A DNA stretch of 64,000 bases, from the NCBI GenBank assembly GCA_040220235.1, contig JAVJTO010000053.1. One strand, 5' to 3'. The position numbers were made by a program, and so were the translations under genes. Source of the DNA: Coleofasciculus sp. B1-GNL1-01. GTDB taxonomy: Bacteria; Cyanobacteriota; Cyanobacteriia; Cyanobacteriales; Coleofasciculaceae. This document shows, in pieces, positions 21,701 to 30,700 of the stretch; position 1 is the stretch's first letter, and every line of letters starts with the position of its first letter. The notes beneath the pieces were generated by a model, which did not search any database, was not told the origin of the DNA, and saw only the letters and a program-made list of their open reading frames with translations.

Positions 21701-24700
21701 CTACTATTGGTGGTGTGGGTAATCGTGGCAGTGTGGTCGCCTTCGGGAGTCGTATCGTTAACGGCAGTTACGGTGATGGTTTGGGGTTGATTCCAGTTGC
21801 TATCGTTGAAGGTGAGGATGTTGGTATCAGTGGTAATTCCTGCGCCAACGGTGAGAGTAACTGTGACATCGGCAGTGGGTTGGGTGTCTAAAATGATGCT
21901 GTAGGTGTCGGTGTTCCCCCCTTCGGTGACGGTGGTATTGCCTCCTGTGGCGGTGAGAGTCACCCCTGGGGTGGGAGGTTCAGCAATGGTGAAGATAGCG
22001 GTTTCCGCTGCAATGCCACTGTTACCTGCATTGTCTTGGAGGGTAGTGGCATTAACCTCTAAGCTATAAGTTCCAGGGGTGGTGGTTAGGGTGTCTAAAC
22101 CATTGATGCGGTAGGTAGAACCGGAAACTTGGCTGATAGTGACAGTATCCGGTAAAGTTACTGCTTGTCCGTCTCGCAGCAGGCTGATGTCGGTTTTATC
22201 GAAGGTGTTGAGGTCAATGATTTCGGAAAACTGGACATCAAGGTAAGTAACGGGGTCTAAGGTGGCTGTATCAGGAACATTGAGGAAGTCGAGGATAACA
22301 GGTTGCGTGACATCGGCGAAGATATCAATAGTTCCGGTGCTATCATTTCCGGCTTCATCAACAAGGCGTAACTCAACGGTACGAGACCCTACGCCGGATA
22401 GTTGGATGTCTGCGCTAAAGCTGGTGTTCGTCACCGTCGCTTGTCCTAAACTTTCCCCGGTGGTTGCATCGGTTAGATAAACTCGGAGATTGGCTTCGGG
22501 TAAGTCTCCGGTTACGGTAATGTTTGGGCTGTTGACGCGGTATTGTCCGTATTCGTTGAGGGTGGTGAGGGAGGTAGCGGTCGTGTTTAGCTGGCTGGTG
22601 GTGGGGGTGGCGCTGACTTGGATGTTGGTGGCGAGGAGGGGGTCGGTTCGGTCGAGTTGCCAGGTGGTGCTAAGGTCGTTGGTGGTGGTGTTTCCAGCAT
22701 TATCTTCAATACCTGCACCATTAACGGTGAGGGTATATTCCCCATTGGTATCTTGCAGGAAGGTTAAGCCTTTGATTGTGTAGGTGGTTTCATTCCGTTT
22801 ATCTATCTCCACCTCAGCAGTCACTAAGTTTGTCCCCCCCTCTACGGTTAAGGTGAGGTCTTGGTAGTCAAAGGTATCGGGGTCAATGGCTTGGTCAAAG
22901 CTGACTTCTACTGAAGAGATGGCGGTATTTCTGGGACTGGTTACGTCATCAATATCGGTAAGGGTGGGGGCGGTGTTATCCAGTACCCAGGTGAAGCCTT
23001 TACCCCCTACGCCGTTATTATTGTCGGTATCTTGAATATTGTTAGCAGTGACGAGGAGTTCGTAGTCTCCCTCTGTGTCGGTAAATTGAGACAGGTTACT
23101 CACTTGGTAGGTGAGATTATCCAGTTGGCTAATGGTAATGGTGTCGTTGACTAAGTTACCGCCTTCGTTACGGGTGAGGGTGATATCGGTGTAGTCAAAG
23201 CTATTCGGTTGAATGGGTTCGGTGAAGATGACGGTAAACTGATCAACAGCGGTACTCAGGAGGTTACTGCTAAAGCCTTCGATGGCTTGAACGGCAGGTC
23301 GGTCTCCGGTAAATAGCCAGTTTTCGGTGACAGTCCCCGCACCGATGTTCCCACTGAGGTCTTCTACGCCTGTACTATCAATACTCAGTTGATACTGTCC
23401 GATGTTGCCTGTGATGGAGGTGAGGTTATTGATTTGGAAGGTAATGGGGTCAACTTGGCTAATCGTGACGGTATCGGTGATGAGGTTAGTACCATTGTCC
23501 AGGGTGAGGGTGAGGTCTTGGTAATCGAAGGTGTTGGCGCGGATGGCTTCGGTGAAGACGACGGTGAGGCTATCGATGGGAATATCGCGGGGGTTGGGGT
23601 CAACATCAATGATTTCTCGAACTTCTGGGGGTGCAGAGTCGTTGCTGTCGTAGGTGATGGTATAGCTGCCAGTGCTATCGAAGTCGAGGAAGTGGAGGAT
23701 ATTTTCGTAGATGGGTCGTCCGGTGGCGGGGAAAGTGCGGTCGGTACGCCAGATGTTGTCTAGGTCAATGACTGTGCCATCGGAACGGAGAATTTGTTCA
23801 ATCTCAAACTGTCCGTTAGCGGGGTCTTCCAGGCGGATGTAGTTCCAGCCTGAAGTGGGAGTGAGGCTAATCTCGGCTTCGAGGTCAAGGATGGTAACAG
23901 GTGCGTCAACGGTGGCGGTGTCGATGGGGGTGACGGGTGCGGTGTTGCCATCGCTGAAATAGAGGGTGTCGGGGTAGAAGTTGGCATCAAATTCGTCGTT
24001 AACTAAGAAGTCGGAGAGTCCATCGCTGTCGGCTTGGACGGTTTGGATTAGTTCATGAATGTTGACTTCTTTGATCAGGGAAAGTTCTTCATTTCCTAAG
24101 TCGTTGATATGTTCAAAGGTGGCTTCATAGTCAATGAATTTGCCTTGTAAGCTGGATTTAAGTAACCATTCTCCAACGGCGGTTTCCCCTGCTGCGATAT
24201 CGCCAAAATCAGCGGTTAATGAGGGATTGATGTTTTCTCCGTTAACTTGCGAACCAATGATATCAAAGTCAATTAGTAAGCCTTTTTCGTTATCAACAAT
24301 TTCAGGTTGTGCGGAGGTAATACTGAGGTTTCTGGCATCACCAAAGCCGTTGTTTTGAACTAAGACGGCTAGGGAGAAGGGTTCAGCGACTTCGGTAGCA
24401 TCGGTGAAGGGGTCATCACCGTAAACGTTGCGTTGCTGGAAGTAGTCTAGGGTTAGTTCTGCTTGGGGGTTAACGGTTATGGGAGTAGAAAGTAGAGGGA
24501 CGGTAACTAACTGACCGTCTTGGATGTAGCTTAGAGTGCCACCAATAGTATATTGTTCGGGAGTTTCTCCGGCTGCTGAACGAGTGGGAATAAATGTCCA
24601 TTCTGCGCTGCCAGAGGAATTGGTGTTGAGGATACCATTACCATCGACGGAACTAATATTTTGTAGAATAGGGTCAGTAATGCCAAAGAGTTCGTTAACC

Positions 24701-27700
24701 GAATTCCCATTTTCGTCTAGGATTTCCAGGTTGACAGTAATGTCTTCAAGGTCAATGGTATCGCTGGTATTTTCAATTATTAATTCTCCTAAGAAGGCAG
24801 AGCGAGTCATTACTGCTTCTTGGTTGATTTGAATCCGAACTTTAGCACAAACTCCACTACTGTCGCTTTCTAAGGCTTCTTGGAATTCACTAAGAGCATC
24901 TTGAGTCGCTGCTGTTAAGCCAGTATAACCTTCTATTTCAATCGCTAATAAGGCTTGATTAATTTCAGTCTCAACGTTGTTTAACGCATTGAAGGTAATA
25001 AAATCAGTGCTTTGTCCATTGGGAACATCGGCGACATTTTGAATCCCTTGACTCCAGTATTCAATTGTCCGATTCCAACGGTCAATAAATTTATTGATAT
25101 CACTTCCTGTCAAAGCGGGAGGAAGGTCGAGGGATAATAGTTCAATGCGCTCAGTTTCAGAAATTTGTAATTCGGTCGCAGTTGTTCCTTGAGTTCTGGC
25201 ACCAAAAGCGTTTAGCCAAGCCGTTGATTGCTGATCCTCGTCAACTTGTAACCAAATTTCATCCCCGAAGTAGAGGAGGTAGAAATTGGCTAAACTTTGC
25301 CAGTAATCTCGATAAACTGCAATTTTATCGAGTTGAGCTTCAATTGTTCCTGATGCACTGGCACTAGGGGATAAGGTATTAGCAAGATTGTTATTACCCT
25401 GTTCCTCATTACCAAAGCAAATGCTATTTAAACAATCTAAGACCCCGAAGGCACAACCAACTGGTCCAGGGATACACCCTCCATCCCCTAAAGTAAGTTC
25501 TCCATCTCCTAACGCACTTAAACAAGCGATAACCGTCGCTGCGGTACTTAACGGATTAGGAACACAACCGATTAAGGTTAAGGAACAAGCCACCGCAGCT
25601 TGCTTATTTTTCTCAACGCAAGGATCACAATTAGAAGGGGTACTTTGAATGCTAACGGGAAAAACTCCTCCTGGCTCTCCTGATGATCTTCCTCCTCTTC
25701 CAAAGCTACTTCCTGATGAAGACACAGGATCTCCACAATTTCCTTCTGCGTTGAAGAAGGGAATGGGAACTGCTCGTTTGATTTGTTCTGGACCACAATC
25801 ATAGTAGTAATCTAGTCCAACACTTATATTACAAGGAACGTTAGGAGTAGATTGAAGACTTAATTCCCCTCCTAGTGTCCCTAACGTATCAAAGTCAGCA
25901 ATGCGGGTAATTCTGACGGGGACTGTAATGGAACTTTTTGCATCAAGCGATCCAATTTCATCAAGTAAGGGTTCAATTTTATAGAAAGGATGACTACTAA
26001 AGTTCAGAGCTAGATCATTCGCTGCAATTAACCCATGATTGGTAAAGGTCATGTCTATTTGGGTAACTTGACCTACTACTTGTAAATCTGCTAAGTCAAC
26101 GGAGGGAGGATCAACGGTTACGGTAGGAATGGGAACATCTGTTTCAAAGACACTTTCTACGGTGATATTGTATTGATCTTGAATCTCTGTTTCCGTTACC
26201 GTCCAAGTGTATTTAACAGTCTCAAGGGATAGAAATGAACTAATGCTTTCCGTTTCCCCAGCATTAATTTCAACAGTTTGACGAAATGTACTATGATCTT
26301 CTGCTTTAACTTCTAAGCTGTAATACCCTTCCGCTAAGTCATCAAAATTGACCATTCCTGTATCATCGGTGGTCATTCTGGCAACTTCAGCTTGGGTAAA
26401 GTAGTCGCGAACAATAACTTCTGCACCGCTTAGTTTAGGAGAACCTTCAGCAAAGTAGAATAATTCATTAACAACGTTAACAGTTAAGTCTCCAGTCGCA
26501 TCACTCACTGCACGGAAGTTAAAAGGAAGCGATAAATCACCATCATTTCCTGCTGCATCAAAGACAATATTCCCTGTATATTCGGTTAATGCTAAATCGC
26601 TACCAGGAGTCAAAGCTAAAGTAACACTCGTAGATTCCCCCGCTGCTAAAGAGGCAATCGTGTCTGTGGTGGCTAAACTTAACCAAGGTGCATTGGGTAA
26701 TAAAACCTCAATATTTTCTGCAACAGCCCCCCCTTCATTAGTTAACTCAAACTCCACAAAGGTTTGCTCACCCCGCAGCATTCCACTGGTAATCGTGCTG
26801 GTATCTGCTACTAAACTGGGGACAATTCGTGCTAAATCTACTGTTACGGGTAAACTAGCCGTTACCCCTTCAGCACTGGTGAGATTGATATTAAAGGTAT
26901 CTTGGGTGATGACAGAATCGTTAGGTGCGGTGATGGTATAACCAACAGTATTGCTGCCATTACCATCTAATTGTGTTGGTAAATTCACCTGGACATCCCA
27001 ATTCTCCGGCAGACTGGAGACATCGTAGGTAAACCCAGTTAAGGTTGTATCCGTGAGGTTTTCTAACTGTACTGAAGCAGTAAAAGGGGTATCGGCAATA
27101 ATATCATGGTTGGCACTATTGGCATCTAACTTTGCCCCTAAAACCGTGAAACTATCTTCATAACCTACATCTTCCCCTACATTATCTGGGAAATAAGCCC
27201 GAATATTAAATGTACCTCCTTCATCCTGTAAAGGCGTAAAGGAACGAACAAAATTACCATCAGCATCGGTAAACCCGCTGAATTCACGGGTAAAGCCGTT
27301 ATTTTCAACTTCAATGGTGACAAATTCAAAGGGAATAGGAGAATTGTCTTCGTTACTCCGCGCTGTTCCTTGGAAGAGGAGGCTTTCTCCGGCGATTCCT
27401 ACAGTGGTGTCGGTGAAAACTTCTGCACTGTAGGCAGGAACAACGGTAAAAGGCGTAACAACAGTATTATTGGTTTCCCCTATCCCTGTTCCCTCATCAA
27501 CTTGATTATCTTCATCAGTTACAGCAATGAGATAATATTCTCCCGGAGTACGAGGGTTAAAGTAACTAACATTGCGTTCGTAAAACTGTCCAACTGGAAT
27601 ATCAGCAGTGATTTCAAATTCCGTTAACAGTTCATCACTGTTATCTAACTTGTTATCAGTAGAAAGATAAACTCGGTCAATCCAAGTTCCTGAGAGGTTT

Positions 27701-30700
27701 TGTAACCCTAAGTTTTCGACTTTATAGGTAAACTGGGCTTGTTGATTGGTGTAAGCAGGAGAGTTGGCATTGAGTTGGGTAACGGTTAAATCAGGAACTT
27801 CAATATCACTGACTTCTAAGCTGGCATTCCCACTATTTAATCCAGTTGCCGATGCGCTAATCGTCACAGGTTGACTGCCATCACTGACTCCATCACTAAC
27901 TCCCGTAACAATGGCAGTCACTGAGGTTTCCCCTGCTGCAATGGTAACTGTGGTGGGGACTGTAGCTTCGGTGGTGTCGCTACTAGAGAGGGTAACGGTG
28001 AGGGGGTCAGTCGTATCCGTGTTGCGGGTAATGGTGGCGGTAGCAGTTCCCGTTTCGGCAATGAGGCTGCGGTCAATGTCTACGGTTAAACTGGGACTTT
28101 CATCATCAATAATGTCCAGCGTGGCAGTAACAGCTTGATCAACGATGCCTAAACTTGTGCCATCGTATAGCGGGGTGGCGGTAATATTAACGGTTTGGGT
28201 TCCATCTAAATCAGCATTATCAACCGCTTCAACGTTAAAGGTAGCAGAGGTTTGGTTGGCAGCAATGGTGACAGTATCGGGAAGAATGACCCCATCATCT
28301 CCACTCAGTTGCACTACTAAGGGTTGATCATTGACAAAATCACGGGTAATCGTGGCTGTGGTAACTCTCCCATCTTCGCCAATTTCTGATTGAGCAAAAT
28401 TAAGAGTTAAATTAACCGTGTCGTTATTAAGAACTGAAATATTATCAGAACCGCTGTTAAAGCCTGATGCTGTTGCAATTAAAGTGACACTTTGAGTCGG
28501 GTCTAAAAGGGTGTCATCAACAACAGTTAAATCGACCGTAACCGCTGTTTCGCCAACGGGAATAGTAACAGTTGCTGGAGTGGTGATTTCACTCTCATCA
28601 CTACTGACCAAGGAGACTTCTAAGGCGGCATCAGTGGGTGTATTGCGAGTAATGGTTGCGGTGAGTGTTCCATCCCCTTCATTGACTGAATTGGCGGTAA
28701 TATCAACCGTTAGTTTGGGTTTGAAGTCATTATCAATGATGGTCAAAACTGCTGTGTTTTGTCCGCCGATACTGACTCCACCATTAGGATTAGAAAGCGT
28801 TAAATTAATCGTTTCATCAGCTTCAAGAACCGTATCATTGATAATAGGAATCGTAACAGTTTTGCTCGTTTCACCATTAGCAAAGTTAACAACAATGGGA
28901 TTATTGTTTACATAGTCACTGCCAGCGGTGGCACTGCCACTACTAGGAGTAACCCGGACACTCACATCTCCATCACTTCCCCCGGTACGCAGGAGAGTAA
29001 CAGCAGCAACCACAGTGCCATCCTCGTTAACGGTGTAGTTGGCGTTATCAAATTCAATCACTCCAGGGACAGCATCATCATCAACAATATTAAGAATCGC
29101 CGTTGTTTGTGTGCCTAATGTCACCCCATTGGTAGGATTAGAAAGGGTTAAATTAACAACCTCAGTATCTTCAAAAACACTATCGTTGTTAACGGGAATG
29201 GAAACCGTTTTCTCAGTTTCCCCGCTAGCAAAAGTTACTGTAATCGCATCACTGGTGTAATCATCGGGGGCAACCGCTGTGCCATCACTAGGCGTTAAAG
29301 TCACACTGACTTCGCCATTACTCCCGCCAGTTCGTACCAGTGTCACCCCTGCAATGGGTGTCCCATCTTCATTGACACTATAGATTGAACCACTAAAAGC
29401 AATACTGCCAGGTTCCCCGTCATTATCGACAATGGTTAAAGTCGCAGTATCTTGAGTCCCAATCGTTGCACCATTGGTGGGATTAACCAGACTTAAATTG
29501 ATCGTTTCATCCGATTCAAATACCCCATCATCGGCAACCGGAATCTCAACCGTTTTCTCGGTTTCTCCATCGGCAAAACTGACGGTAACTGCATTGTTAG
29601 TATAGTCTTCGGGATTGGTGGCAGTGCCATCGCTGAGGCTAATCGTGGCACTAACAGCACCATCACTTCCTCCGGTGCGATTGACAGTCACCGCAATGAT
29701 AGGTGTGCCATCTTCATTAATGCTGTAGTCTGCTTGGGAGAAAGCTAAAACTCCTGGTACAGCATCATTATCAATAATCTCAACAACGGCGGTTGTTTGT
29801 GTGCCTAATGTTGCGCCGTTGCTGGGGTTAGAAAGGGTTAAGTTAATCGTTTCAGTTGGTTCATAGTCGGTGTCATCCAGAACTGGAATGATAACGGTTT
29901 GACTGGTTTCGCCATCAGCAAAAGTAACCGTCAAGTCTTGATTATTATAATCTTGTCCGGCTGTGGCTGTCCCATCACTCAAGGAAATGGTGGCACTGAC
30001 TTCAAGGTCACTCCCACCTGTACGAACTACGGTAACAGCAATAATGGGTGTTCCATCTTCACTGACTCGATAGGTTGCTCGATTAAAAGCCAAGACACCC
30101 GGTACGGGAGTATCATCATCTAGGATAGTTAGGGTAGCGGTTCCGTAAACCCCAAGGGTTGTCCCTGTACTGAGGTTGGTTAAAGCCAGATTCAGGGTTT
30201 CATCGTCTTCAAAATCACTATCATTAACGATAGGAAGCGTAACGGTTTTGCTGTCTTCACCATCGGCAAACTCAATAGAGATGGGAGTCTCGGTATAGTC
30301 AGACGGTGCCGTAGCCGTGCCATCAGTGAGGGTAAGGGTTGCATTAACTGTTCCGAAGAGACTCCCAGTTCGGAGAATCGTAACGCTGATGGTGCCATTT
30401 TCATCGACACTGTAGCTATCACTGTCAAAACTGATTTGTTGAATTGGGGCAATGTACTCAAAGGCACTCGAACTAAGATCTAGAGTCGTGATATTGCGGA
30501 AGACAGCAATGAGTTCATCGGGTTCACTCCCTGCTTTATCCAAATAAAGGTTCGTATCACTACCAGAGACTTCTAAGCGGTAGTTATTGGCTGACCCTTG
30601 GAGTTGAACAATGTCTCCGTCACCAGGGTTGAAGTCAGTGATCTTAGCGTAGTCGTTCGTGCCAGCACTGGTGAGATTGCGATCGTCGTAGGCTATCCAG

